NCBI GenBank assembly: GCA_963761335.1
Contig: CAVXGR010000016.1
Location: forward strand, 96,001 to 160,000
Direction: 5' to 3'
DNA from: an uncultured delta proteobacterium
GTDB taxonomy: Bacteria; Desulfobacterota; Binatia; HRBIN30; BPIQ01
Length of the DNA: 64,000 nt
The notes under the pieces are model-generated. The model was not told where the DNA came from, made no database searches, and saw only the letters and a program-made list of their open reading frames with translations. Numbering within the stretch: position 1 is the first letter of the stretch; each line of letters opens with the position of its first letter. This document shows positions 9,852 to 19,180 of the stretch, piece after piece. The position numbers and the translations under genes are program-made.

Positions 9852-10036
9852 GGCTGGCGCCGACGTGAAACCCGCCGACGATTGTGAGATTGCCGGCGCG
9901 CAACGCCCTTGACGGGGTCCGGTTCCGGCTTAAATATGGATGTTGTGCATCCACGATTACAGGAGCCGCCGGGCGGCGGAAAATTGCCCGAGAAGACTGG
10001 CGGCGCACCAAAGCGCCGGAGCAAAGGACAAGGAGA

Positions 10037-10408
10037 ATGATTCCCCATATGTGGTTTGGAGTTCCAGAAGAGCTGCTGGCCCCGGAGCCGGCACTCCCGG
10101 TACAGGTTCAGCATGTCTGGCATCACACGCGGGCCATTTCCTCGGAGCGGCGTCTGATCCTGGCGATGATCTGGCAGGCGATTCTCGACCTGCGCAAGTA
10201 TCGCTTCGCCAAGAGAATGCGCGATCAGCGTCTCTACATGGAAGCCTACGAATGGGTGGAGTCTGACGACCGTACCTGGCCGTACTCCTTCGCCAACCTG
10301 TGTGAGCTGCTGAATCTGCACGTCGAGTCGGCGCGCGCCCAGGTGCTCGACCTCTCGCAGACGGAGCCGCGCAAGATCGCCGGCGACATGCTCGACGAGG
10401 CCGCCTGA
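10037..10408 (+). CDS. Conserved-looking hypothetical protein (ERRLILAM...WPYSFANLC type)
   Basis: AGGAGA RBS before ATG, protein-like composition, followed by an intrinsic terminator. Confidence 0.7.
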   Translation: MIPHMWFGVPEELLAPEPALPVQVQHVWHHTRAISSERRLILAMIWQAILDLRKYRFAKRMRDQRLYMEAYEWVESDDRTWPYSFANLCELLNLHVESARAQVLDLSQTEPRKIAGDMLDEAA

Positions 10409-10443
10409 GCGGCTCGATCTTTCTCCCCACCCCAACCGTGCCC

Positions 10444-10480
10444 CGGGGGGTCGGCCGATCGCCGACCCCCCGTTCCTTTT
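10444..10480 (+). terminator. Intrinsic terminator
   Basis: 12-bp perfect stem cggggggtcggc/gccgaccccccg, 5-nt loop, ttcctttt tail. Confidence 0.7.
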
Positions 10481-10530
10481 GGTCCTCTCGCGGCTATTCC
10501 CAAGCGCCGCGGCAGCAGACACAATCCGGC

Positions 10531-11409
10531 ATGGAGAGCAGCGGCGAGCAGCCGGTTCGCGGCGCCTTCAGCCGACCCGAGATCGACGAGTGGGCTCTGG
10601 TGCTCTCCGCCAGCCGCATCCCGTACAGCGTCCACCGGGAGGACGGGCGCTGGGTGCTGAGCGTGGCTCGAGAGGACCACTTGCGCGCCGCGGACGCGCT
10701 GGCGGCTTACGACTCGGAGAGCCGCGCCTGGGCCGAGGTGGCCCCCGTCCCCCGGGAGTACGGCCGCAGCTACGGGGGTGTGGCAATCGCCCTCGCCCTG
10801 GTGCTCGCCTACTGGATCACCGGTGCCGGCGACACAGGGAGCCCGTGGTTTCGCCTGGGGAGCTTGTCGGCTTGGCGGGTCCTCGACGGCGAGCTCTGGC
10901 GCACGGTCACGGCGCTGACGCTGCACCTGGATGTCACCCACATCGCCAGCAACGCCGCCGCCACACTGCTCTTCGGCACCGCCCTCTGCCAGGCTCTCGG
11001 TCCGGGGGTGGCCGTGTGGCTGATGCTGCTGGCGGGCGCCGGGGGCAATGCTCTCGACGCCGTGCTCCGCGGTCCGGGCCAGGTCTCCGTGGGTGCCTCG
11101 ACGGCGATCTTCGGTGCCGTCGGCGGGCTGGGCGCCTTGCGCTTCATGAGTCGCTACCGCTTCGCGTCCACGCGGCGAAGTGCGTGGCTGCCGGTCGCCG
11201 CGGCTCTGGCGCTGCTGGCGATGTTCGGCGGCGGCGATCCTCAGACCGACATCGTCGCACACCTCTTCGGCTTTCTCGTCGGGCTTGGCCTGGGCGCTGC
11301 CGTAGCGGTAGCGTTCCCGCGCCCACCGGCGATGGTCACGCAGTTGCTCCTCTTCGCGGCCGCCATTGTCGCCGTGGCCGGGTGCTGGTCGGTCGCCTTC
11401 CGGCACTGA
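10531..11409 (+). CDS. Rhomboid family intramembrane serine protease with N-terminal soluble domain
   Basis: GELWR..T...LH, HIASN, catalytic GASTAIFG, AHLFG; multiple hydrophobic segments. Confidence 0.88.
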   Translation: MESSGEQPVRGAFSRPEIDEWALVLSASRIPYSVHREDGRWVLSVAREDHLRAADALAAYDSESRAWAEVAPVPREYGRSYGGVAIALALVLAYWITGAGDTGSPWFRLGSLSAWRVLDGELWRTVTALTLHLDVTHIASNAAATLLFGTALCQALGPGVAVWLMLLAGAGGNALDAVLRGPGQVSVGASTAIFGAVGGLGALRFMSRYRFASTRRSAWLPVAAALALLAMFGGGDPQTDIVAHLFGFLVGLGLGAAVAVAFPRPPAMVTQLLLFAAAIVAVAGCWSVAFRH

Positions 11410-11463
11410 GGGAGTTGACAGCCGAGGTGCTTTCCTGAGAAGCCCGCGGCGAAGGGAAAGCCG

Positions 11464-12324
11464 ATGAAGACGATACGGACCGAGACCAGTGACGGTGTGC
11501 GCTCCCTGATCCTGTGCCGAGCTCGGGAGTACAACACCATCACCCCGGAGTTGCGCGACGAGCTGGCGCGCGCGGTCGATGAGGCGGACGAGGATCGCGA
11601 CGTGCGCGTCATCCTCCTGCGTGCGGAGGGACCGGCCTTTTGCGCCGGCTACGGGCTCGACTGGTCGACTGCGGCGCAGGCACAGGAGGGCAGCGAGACG
11701 GATCGCGGCGAGAAGAGAGCCTGGGATTCGGTGGCCGACCTGCGCATGATGGGCCGCTTCGTGGATACCTACATGAAGCTCTGGTACGCGAAGAAGCCGA
11801 CCATCGCTGCGGTCCAGGGCTGGTGCATCGGCGGCGGCACCGACATGGTGCTGTGCGCCGACATCATCGTCGCCGGCGAGGGCGCGCGCTTCGGCTATCC
11901 GCCCTCGCGTGTCTGGGGCACGCCCACCACGGCGATGTGGGTGTATCGAATGGGCCTGGAGAAGGCCAAGCGATACATGCTGACCGGCGACGAGATCCCG
12001 GCGGTGGAGGCGGCGCGCATCGGTCTGATCCTGGAAGCGGTGCCGGACGAGCGGCTGCAGGAGCACGCCATGGGCCTGGCGCGACGCATGGCGCAGGTGC
12101 CGCTCAATCAGCTGGTCATGCTCAAGCTGCTCGCCAACCAGACGGCGGAGAACATGGGCTTCGCCTCGAGCCGCATGCTGGGCACACTGTTCGACGGCAT
12201 CGCCCGCCACACGCAGGAAGGGCTGGACTTCGTCCGCCGCGCCGCCGACGTGGGCTTCCGCGGGGCGGTGCGCGAGCGCGATGATCCCTTCGAGGATTAC
12301 GGAAGCCGCAAGAAGGAAGAGTAG
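11464..12324 (+). CDS. Enoyl-CoA hydratase/crotonase family protein
   Basis: AFCAGYGL, KPTIAAVQGWCIGGG, LTGDEIPAVEAARIGLI. Confidence 0.88.
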   Translation: MKTIRTETSDGVRSLILCRAREYNTITPELRDELARAVDEADEDRDVRVILLRAEGPAFCAGYGLDWSTAAQAQEGSETDRGEKRAWDSVADLRMMGRFVDTYMKLWYAKKPTIAAVQGWCIGGGTDMVLCADIIVAGEGARFGYPPSRVWGTPTTAMWVYRMGLEKAKRYMLTGDEIPAVEAARIGLILEAVPDERLQEHAMGLARRMAQVPLNQLVMLKLLANQTAENMGFASSRMLGTLFDGIARHTQEGLDFVRRAADVGFRGAVRERDDPFEDYGSRKKEE

Positions 12325-12367
12325 AAGCGCTCTCGCGGCGCTTTCCGAAGCGGCGCCGACGCTGCTT

Positions 12368-13936
12368 CTACTTGCCCGGGAGCCGCAGACCCCGCGGAGT
12401 GGCCAGGCGTTCGACGCCGGCGAGTGCCAGGTCGGCGACCACCGCCAGCGCCGCAGCCGGCAGCGCGCCGCTGAGAATGAGGTTGGTATCGGTGACCGTG
12501 AGCCCGGTGACGATGGGGTCGCCGAGACCTCCGGCGCCGATGAAGGCCGCCAGGGTGGCGGTGCCGATGTTGATCACCGTCGAGGTACGCACGCCCGCGA
12601 GGATCACTCGTCCCGCCAGGGGCAGCTCCACGTAGCGCAGGATCTGCCGCCGCCGCATGCCCAGCCCGACGCCCACCTCGATCAGCTGGCGATCGACGCT
12701 GCGCAGCCCGGCGACGGTGTTGCGCAGGATGGGCAGCAGTCCGTAGAGGAAGAGCGCCGCGATCGCCGGCGTGGTGCCGACCCCGAAGAGAGGCAGCATG
12801 AAGGCGAGGAGCGCGATCGACGGAATCGTCTGCAGCACTCCGGCGCTTCCGAGGGCCAGGGCCGCCAGACGCGGTCGACGGCTGGCGGCGATGCCGAGGG
12901 GAATGCCGATGGCGCACGCCGCCAGAACCGCGACCCCGGTGAGATAGAGATGCCGCGCCGTCAGCGCCAGCGTCACCCAGCGCCGTTGCCAGAGCAGCCC
13001 GAGCAGGGAAGACGAGCGCCGCGCCGCGCCGACGGTGCGGGCGCTGAGGCCGAGGCGCTGCAGAAACTCCGAGGCGACGCGCGCCGGTGAGCGGCGTTGG
13101 CCCTCGACCTCGAAGTTGAGCTGGCGCATGGTGGCGTCGTCCAGCCGGCCGGCGAGCAGGCGCAGCGCGTCGCCGGCTTGCGGCAAGCGCGCCAGGAGGT
13201 CGGCGCGCACCAGCGGCGCGGCCTCGTAGGGGGGAAAGAAGTGGCGATCGTCCGCGAGGGCCAGCAAGTCGTTCTCGGCGATCTTGGCATCGGTCGAGTA
13301 GCCGTCGGAAACATCGATCGAGCCCTGCGCCAACGCCAGGTAAGCGAGGTCGTGCTCCATGCCGACGGTACTGGACTCGTTCAGGTCGTAGGCGCGCCGT
13401 AACCCCGGCATGCCGTCCGGCCGCTGCAGGAACTCATGCGAGACCCCGTAGCGCAATGGATGGGCGCCCAGATCGCCGAGCCTGCGAATGCCGAGCTTGG
13501 CGGCGCGCCGCCGCTCCATCAGCAGGACATAGGTGTTGTTGAAGCCGAAGGGCGCCATCCACGCCAGCCCCCAGCGCTTGCGGAAGGCGGTGCTCACCCG
13601 CGCCAGCACCGCCGCGGCGCCGCCGCTGAACTCGGTGTCCTGCAGGATGTTGCGCAGGCCCGTACCGGTATACTCGGCGTACAAGTCGATCTCGCCGGTG
13701 CGCAGCGCCTCGAAGCACACCTGGGTTCCGGCGAGGTTGAAGCGGCGCTCGACCTGCGCGCCGGTATGGATCTCGAGCACCTGCGCCATGAGCTCGGCGA
13801 GCACGGCGCTCTCGGTGAACTTCTTGGCGCCGACGACGATGCGCGGCGGTGGACCGAGCGCCGGTGCCGGCCGCGGCGCCGCCGCGAGCAGAGCCAGCAG
13901 CGCGAGCCTTGCGGCGCCGCCGTGCTCACACCGCAT
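12368..13936 (-). CDS. Quaternary-amine (betaine-class) ABC transporter, fused substrate-binding domain + permease
   Basis: SBP motifs GAKKFTES, EYTGT, FGFNNTY, FPPYEA, followed by TMD with QTIPSIALL, LLPILRNT, IGAGGLG. Confidence 0.88.
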   Translation of the reverse strand: MRCEHGGAARLALLALLAAAPRPAPALGPPPRIVVGAKKFTESAVLAELMAQVLEIHTGAQVERRFNLAGTQVCFEALRTGEIDLYAEYTGTGLRNILQDTEFSGGAAAVLARVSTAFRKRWGLAWMAPFGFNNTYVLLMERRRAAKLGIRRLGDLGAHPLRYGVSHEFLQRPDGMPGLRRAYDLNESSTVGMEHDLAYLALAQGSIDVSDGYSTDAKIAENDLLALADDRHFFPPYEAAPLVRADLLARLPQAGDALRLLAGRLDDATMRQLNFEVEGQRRSPARVASEFLQRLGLSARTVGAARRSSSLLGLLWQRRWVTLALTARHLYLTGVAVLAACAIGIPLGIAASRRPRLAALALGSAGVLQTIPSIALLAFMLPLFGVGTTPAIAALFLYGLLPILRNTVAGLRSVDRQLIEVGVGLGMRRRQILRYVELPLAGRVILAGVRTSTVINIGTATLAAFIGAGGLGDPIVTGLTVTDTNLILSGALPAAALAVVADLALAGVERLATPRGLRLPGK

Positions 13937-14663
13937 CGGCGCGTCTCGTCTCGATGAAGGAGCGGACGAATGCCGACGCCGGCCGCGAGCGGATCTCCGC
14001 GGGGGCGCCCAGCTGCACCACCTCGCCGCGGTCGAGCACCGCGACGCCGTCGGCGAGGCGGAAGGCCTCGTCGACGTCGTGGGTGACCAGGATCACCGTC
14101 TTCTCCAGGCGCGTGCGCAGCTCGGCGAACTCGTCCTGCAGGCGGCGGCGAGTGATCGGATCGAGGGCGGCGAACGGCTCGTCCATCAGCACCAGCGGCG
14201 GATCGGCGGCGAGGGCGCGCGCCAGCCCGACGCGCTGGCGCTGCCCGCCGCTGAGCTCGGCGGGGTAGCGGCCCGCCAGCTGCTCGAAGGGCAGACCCAC
14301 CAAGGCGAAGAGATCTCGCGCCCGCTGCCGCCGGCGCTCGGCCCCCCAGCCGAGCAGCCGCGGCACCATCTCGACGTTGGCGCTCGCCGTCATGTGCGGG
14401 AAGAGACCGGCGTCCTGCACCACGTAGCCGATGCCGCGGCGGAGCTCCGTCGGGTCCATCGTCGCGGTATCGCGGCCATCTACCGACACCGACCCCGAGC
14501 TGGGGATCACCAGTCGGTTGATGACCTTCAGGGTCGTCGTCTTTCCGCACCCCGACGGGCCGAGGAGTGCCAGAGTGGTGCCGGAGTCGACGCGAAAGCT
14601 GACGCCGCGCAAAGCGACGTGACCGCCGTCGTAGACCTTGGTGACATCGCGCAGCTCGATCAT
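13926..14663 (-). CDS. Betaine-class ABC transporter ATP-binding protein
   Basis: GPSGCGKTT, LRRGIGYVVQ, LSGGQRQRVG, LMDEPFAALDP. Confidence 0.92.
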   Translation of the reverse strand: MIELRDVTKVYDGGHVALRGVSFRVDSGTTLALLGPSGCGKTTTLKVINRLVIPSSGSVSVDGRDTATMDPTELRRGIGYVVQDAGLFPHMTASANVEMVPRLLGWGAERRRQRARDLFALVGLPFEQLAGRYPAELSGGQRQRVGLARALAADPPLVLMDEPFAALDPITRRRLQDEFAELRTRLEKTVILVTHDVDEAFRLADGVAVLDRGEVVQLGAPAEIRSRPASAFVRSFIETRRADAV

Positions 14664-14847
14664 GGCGACGACGAGAAAATCCTGTCGATTCGCAGGAGCG
14701 GATTTTTTCCGATCGCGTATTCCGCCACGCTAGACATTCGGATATCTTTCAGTACGACAGTCAACCCTGCAAGGCCAGGCATCACTGGGTGGACCGGCAC
14801 CGCCGGCCGCGCGCCAGACGGGAATGCCGGGTCGAAAGGAGAGCCGG

Positions 14848-15897
14848 ATGAAGTCCCGTGTGACTGCCTTCAGGACGCTGCAGAGCGAGGACGTCAAAGA
14901 GAACGCATCACGCGGTGCCGACCGCGACCCGCTGCTGCGGATCGATCGCTATCTCGAGCCAACCCGGCGTTCCTCACTCGCCGACGACGTGCGCCGCGGT
15001 CTGGCGCAGCCGCAGAAGAGCGTTCCCTGCAAGTACTTCTACGACGACCGCGGCTCTCGGCTCTTCGATCAGATCTGCGATCTGCCGGAGTACTACCCGA
15101 CGCGCACCGAGGACGCTCTGCTGCGCCAATGCGCCGACGAGATCGTCGCCCTGGTGCGGCCCTCCGACGTGATCGAGCTCGGCAGCGGCGCCTCGCGCAA
15201 GACGCGCGTCCTCCTTGACGCCTGCACCCGCGGCGGTGCGCCGCTCACCTACATCCCCATGGACGTGAGCGAGAGCATGCTGCGGCGCAGTGCGGTGGCC
15301 TTGCGCGCCGCGTATCCCGAGCTGCGCGTGCACGCCATCGTCGGCGACTACGAGCAGCACCTGGAGCGCATCCCTTCCGGCCGGCGGCGGCTGTTGGTGT
15401 TTCTCGGCGGCACCATCGGCAACTTCCGCCGCGAGCAGGCGGTGGTGTTCGTGCGCGCCGTGCGGCGGCAGCTGTCGCCGGGCGACTTCGTCCTGATCGG
15501 CATGGATTTGGTGAAGCCGGTGGACATCCTGAATGCGGCGTACAACGACGCCGCCGGAGTCACCGCCGAGTTCAACCGCAACGTCCTGCACGTGATCAAC
15601 CGCGACCTCGGCGGCGATTTCGATCCGGCGGCATTCGCGCATCTGGCCTTCTTCAACGGCGAGGAGTCGCAGATCGAGATGCACCTGCGTGCGGAAGGCG
15701 AGCAGCAGGTGCGCATCGCCGCGCTGGATCTGCAGGTCTCGGTGGCCGCCGGCGAGACCATCCATACCGAGATCAGCCGCAAATTCAGCCGCGCGGAGGC
15801 GCTCTCGTTGTTCGCCGCCGCCCGCTGCCGCATCGAGCGCTGGTACACGCCCGAAAATCAGTGGTTCGCGCTGGCGCTTGCGCGCGTCGAGGATTGA
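14848..15897 (+). CDS. egtD: L-histidine N-alpha-methyltransferase (hercynine synthase)
   Basis: KYFYDDRGSRLFDQIC.LPEYYPTRTE, IELGSG, FLGGTIGN, AYNDAAGVTAEFNRN, IHTEISRKF; AAGGAG RBS. Confidence 0.92.
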   Translation: MKSRVTAFRTLQSEDVKENASRGADRDPLLRIDRYLEPTRRSSLADDVRRGLAQPQKSVPCKYFYDDRGSRLFDQICDLPEYYPTRTEDALLRQCADEIVALVRPSDVIELGSGASRKTRVLLDACTRGGAPLTYIPMDVSESMLRRSAVALRAAYPELRVHAIVGDYEQHLERIPSGRRRLLVFLGGTIGNFRREQAVVFVRAVRRQLSPGDFVLIGMDLVKPVDILNAAYNDAAGVTAEFNRNVLHVINRDLGGDFDPAAFAHLAFFNGEESQIEMHLRAEGEQQVRIAALDLQVSVAAGETIHTEISRKFSRAEALSLFAAARCRIERWYTPENQWFALALARVED

Positions 15898-16011
15898 GGG
15901 CCAGAGAAACGACGAGGCGAGACTCCCCCATTGACAATTCGCCGACGAGGCGTTTACGGATCGCTCCTGGTGGAGCGCGAGCAGATCAGCGAGATCCGGG
16001 AGGCGCCGTCG

Positions 16012-16815
16012 ATGCGCCCCGCTGTAGTAGCGCTGGTGATCTCGGTGGCGCTGCACGCCCTCGTGCTCGCCGGCGTGCGCGGGCGCCTTCTCGGCGCCGC
16101 GAGCCAACCGGTGCGGCTGCTGCGCGTATCGCTCCTGCCCCCCGGGGGTGGCGGCGAGCCGGGCGGCGGCGCAGGGGAAGCGAGTGATGCCGGGCCGCCG
16201 GCTCCGCCTGCAGCGGCAGCCGCGGCGCACGTCGCCTCCCTTCCGGCGCCGAAGCCGGCGACGCGAGAGATCTCCCGAGCCGCGGACTCGGCCCGGCGCC
16301 CAAGGATCGCCAAGCACCGCAGACGCGTCGAGCACCGGCCGCCCCCGCCGGCCGTCGCGGCGGTGGAGGCGCAGCGGCCAGGGGCCATTGCCAAGGACAC
16401 GGTAGCCCCGGAACCCGGCGCAGCCGGCGATCCTGCTGGCGACCTCGCCGGCGGGATCGGGTCGGGGAAGAGTGGCGCCGGGGCCGCTGGCTCGGGTCCC
16501 GGTAGCGGCGGCGGCTCCGGACCGGGCGCCGGGGGAGGAGACATGCGTGCCCGCTGTCTCTACTGTCCGGAGCCGCTGTACCCGCGCCTGGCGCGCTTCC
16601 GCGGTTGGCAGGGAACAGTGGATGTTTCCGTGCTGCTCCTCGCCGACGGCACCGTCGACGAGGTGAGCGTGTCCCGCTCATCCGGATACGAGGCGCTCGA
16701 TCGGGCCGCCGTTGCCGTGGCCCGCAAGAGCCGCTTCACCCCGCCCGCGGCGAGCGGCTTGCGCCCGCCGGTGCCCGGGCAGATCGCCTACCGCTTCGGC
16801 CTCACGCGGCGCTGA
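16012..16815 (+). CDS. tonB: TonB family energy transducer
   Basis: N-terminal TM with SVALH, Pro/Gly-rich linker, C-terminal YP.LAR..GWQGTV...SSGY..LD.AA. Confidence 0.85.
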   Translation: MRPAVVALVISVALHALVLAGVRGRLLGAASQPVRLLRVSLLPPGGGGEPGGGAGEASDAGPPAPPAAAAAAHVASLPAPKPATREISRAADSARRPRIAKHRRRVEHRPPPPAVAAVEAQRPGAIAKDTVAPEPGAAGDPAGDLAGGIGSGKSGAGAAGSGPGSGGGSGPGAGGGDMRARCLYCPEPLYPRLARFRGWQGTVDVSVLLLADGTVDEVSVSRSSGYEALDRAAVAVARKSRFTPPAASGLRPPVPGQIAYRFGLTRR

Positions 16816-16912
16816 CGAGGCCGCGGCCCCCTGGAGAGCGGCGCCGCCCGGCCGCCTCTCCGCCTCTCTCCGTTCCGCTCCTTGACTCCGCCGCCGCTTT
16901 GCGGAATACGGC

Positions 16913-17062
16913 GGGGGACGTTGGGTGGGTTGAGGGAAGCCGGTGAGAAACCGGCGCGGCCCCCGCCACTGTAACCGGAACGAACGCGGCACGCTTGCCA
17001 CTGTCCTCGTGATGGGAAGGCGCCGCCAGTAGGACGCCGGAAGCCAGGAGACCTGGCCCTCC
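16913..17062 (+). ncRNA. Cobalamin riboswitch
   Basis: AGGGAA-GCCGGTGAGAAACCGGC, GCCACTGT, second GCCACTG, GGGAAGG, and B12 box AAGCCAGGAGACCTG; upstream of a btu operon; ends approximate. Confidence 0.93.
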
Positions 17063-17087
17063 AACGGATGCGATGTAGTCCTCCGGG

Positions 17088-19160
17088 GTGTGGGGGCGAG
17101 ACACGAAAGCGATCTCCTACTCATACCCGGGGCGCCAGCGGCGCCGCCGGGTTTCTTTTGGCTTCTCCGCGGAAGTGGCCGCGGTGGGGCTCGCCATCTC
17201 TGCGGCCCTCGTCGTCGGCGCGGCGGCGGAGGAGCCCCTGGCGACGGTGGTGGTCACGGCGCCGCCGATCTCGGAAGCGGAGCGGCGTGCGCCGACGAGC
17301 TTCGTCAGCATCATCGACACCGAGCCCCACGCCGAGCAGGTGGAGACGGCCGCCGATGCCCTCGGCGAGGTCGCCGGCGTGCAGGTCCGCCGTTTCGGCG
17401 GTCTGGGCGCCTTCAGCACCGTGTCGATCCGCGGCTCCGAGCCGAATCAGGTGCAGGTCTATCTCGACGGCATCCCGCTGTCGCGCGCCCGCGATGAGGT
17501 GGTCGACCTCTCCGATCTGCCTCTCGACAGCCTGCAGCGGATGGAGGTGTATCGCGGCACCACGCCGGTCTCCTTCGGCGCCGGTGCCATCGGCGGCGTC
17601 GTCAACTTGGTCACCAAGCCGCCTTCCGCGACCCCCTCCACTCAGGTGACCGCCTCCTACGGCTCGTTCAACACACGCAAGCTGGTCGCGGCGCGTTCGC
17701 AGCGGCTCGGTCCCGTCGATTTTCTCGGCTATCTCACCTATCTCGGCAGCCAGGGCGACTTCAGCTTCGCCGACGACAACGGCACGCCGCTCAACCCCGC
17801 GGACGACGGGCGGGCGACCCGTCGGAACAACGACTTCAACTCGCTCGAAGCACTTCTCGAGGCCGCCTATCGACCGAGCGATCATCTCCGCCTCGATCTC
17901 ACCAGCGAGACCTTCTTCAAGGATCAGGGGGTGCCGTCCATTGGCAGCAACCAGGCGATCGACTCGTCGCTGCAGAAGCTGCGCTCGCTCACCTATCTGC
18001 GCGGCACCTCGGAGGGGCTTCTCGACGGCCATCTCGATTTGAGCGCCACTGCCTTCGGCATCTATGACCGCCAGCACTTTCAGGACCCGCACGGGGAGCT
18101 CTTCGGCGTCAACGAGGACTCTCTGAACCAGACGGCGCTCATCGGCGGCAACACCGGCGGCACCTGGTACCTGGCGGAGTCGAATGCCGCCAGCTGGTTC
18201 GCCGAGCTGTCGCACGAGCAGTTCTCGCCGCGCAACGAGCTCACGACTCCGGCCGCTCTTCCCGATCAGAATCGACTGCGGCTCACCACGGCGCTCCAGG
18301 ACCAGGCGGGCTTCTTCTCCGAGCGGCTGCTGCTGGTTCCCACGGTCCGCTTCGAGCACATCGACGATACGGTCAGTGCCTCCTTCACTCCCGCCGGTCT
18401 TCCCGAGGGCGGCTCCGTGAGCCGTGGGCGCGATCTCTGGAGCCCGAGCCTGGGCGCCCAGCTGCGCCTCGGGTGGGGCCTGGCGCTCAAGGGGAACATC
18501 GGCCGTTTCGAGCGCGCCCCGAACTTCTCCGAGCTCTTCGGCAACCGCGGCTTCGTGCGAGGCAATCCGGCGCTGGTCCCGGAGAAGGGGATCAATCGCG
18601 ACGTCGGCGTCACCGGCTCCTGGGAAGGCGTTGCCGGGCTCGACGAGGTGCGCTTCGAGTACGCGTACTTCGACAACGACACCGACCAGCTGATCGTTCT
18701 GGTGCAGACCTCGCAGGAGTTCTTCCGCCCGCTCAACATCGGCGCGGCGCGGGTGCGCGGCCACGAGCTGTCGCTGCACGGCAGCTGGCGCAAGCGCGTC
18801 TCGATCGACGCCAACTACACCTACCAGGACGCCGAGAATCGGGGTCTCCGTCCCGAGCATCGCGGCCGCCAGCTGCCAGGGCGGCCGCGCCACGAGCTCT
18901 ACGTGCGTCCCGAAATCCACGGCGGCTGGGGCCGTGTCTACTACGAGCTCAGTGTCGTCAGCGGCAACTTCCTCGACCTCGCCAACTTCGACGAGGTCCC
19001 CAGCCGCGACATCCACACGCTCGGCTTCGCCTGGAACGCCACGGCGCAGCTGACGCTCGGCCTCGAGGCCCGCAACATCACGGACAATCAAATCAGCGAT
19101 TTGACCGGCTTCCCGCTGCCGGGCCGATCGTTCTTCGGCACCGCCACGGTGCGCTTCTGA
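17088..19160 (+). CDS. btuB: TonB-dependent receptor, probable cobalamin transporter (start uncertain; alternative GTG at 17175)
   Basis: TonB box TVVVTA, plug motifs SIRGS..QV.VYLDG and MEVYRG..FGAGAIGGVVN, C-terminal Phe (GRSFFGTATVRF); downstream of the B12 riboswitch. Confidence 0.88.
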   Translation: MWGRDTKAISYSYPGRQRRRRVSFGFSAEVAAVGLAISAALVVGAAAEEPLATVVVTAPPISEAERRAPTSFVSIIDTEPHAEQVETAADALGEVAGVQVRRFGGLGAFSTVSIRGSEPNQVQVYLDGIPLSRARDEVVDLSDLPLDSLQRMEVYRGTTPVSFGAGAIGGVVNLVTKPPSATPSTQVTASYGSFNTRKLVAARSQRLGPVDFLGYLTYLGSQGDFSFADDNGTPLNPADDGRATRRNNDFNSLEALLEAAYRPSDHLRLDLTSETFFKDQGVPSIGSNQAIDSSLQKLRSLTYLRGTSEGLLDGHLDLSATAFGIYDRQHFQDPHGELFGVNEDSLNQTALIGGNTGGTWYLAESNAASWFAELSHEQFSPRNELTTPAALPDQNRLRLTTALQDQAGFFSERLLLVPTVRFEHIDDTVSASFTPAGLPEGGSVSRGRDLWSPSLGAQLRLGWGLALKGNIGRFERAPNFSELFGNRGFVRGNPALVPEKGINRDVGVTGSWEGVAGLDEVRFEYAYFDNDTDQLIVLVQTSQEFFRPLNIGAARVRGHELSLHGSWRKRVSIDANYTYQDAENRGLRPEHRGRQLPGRPRHELYVRPEIHGGWGRVYYELSVVSGNFLDLANFDEVPSRDIHTLGFAWNATAQLTLGLEARNITDNQISDLTGFPLPGRSFFGTATVRF
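17125..17160 (+). terminator. Putative riboswitch expression-platform terminator
   Basis: Stem acccggggcgcc/ggcgccgccgggt (one bulge) followed by ttcttttg, about 60 nt after the B12 box. Confidence 0.55.
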
Positions 19161-19180
19161 CGCGGATGAGGAGGGAACAC

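Noticed and set aside
18473..19180. N-terminal extension of the lipoprotein ORF
   Set aside because: Overlaps btuB out of frame; RBS and lipobox point to ATG 19181
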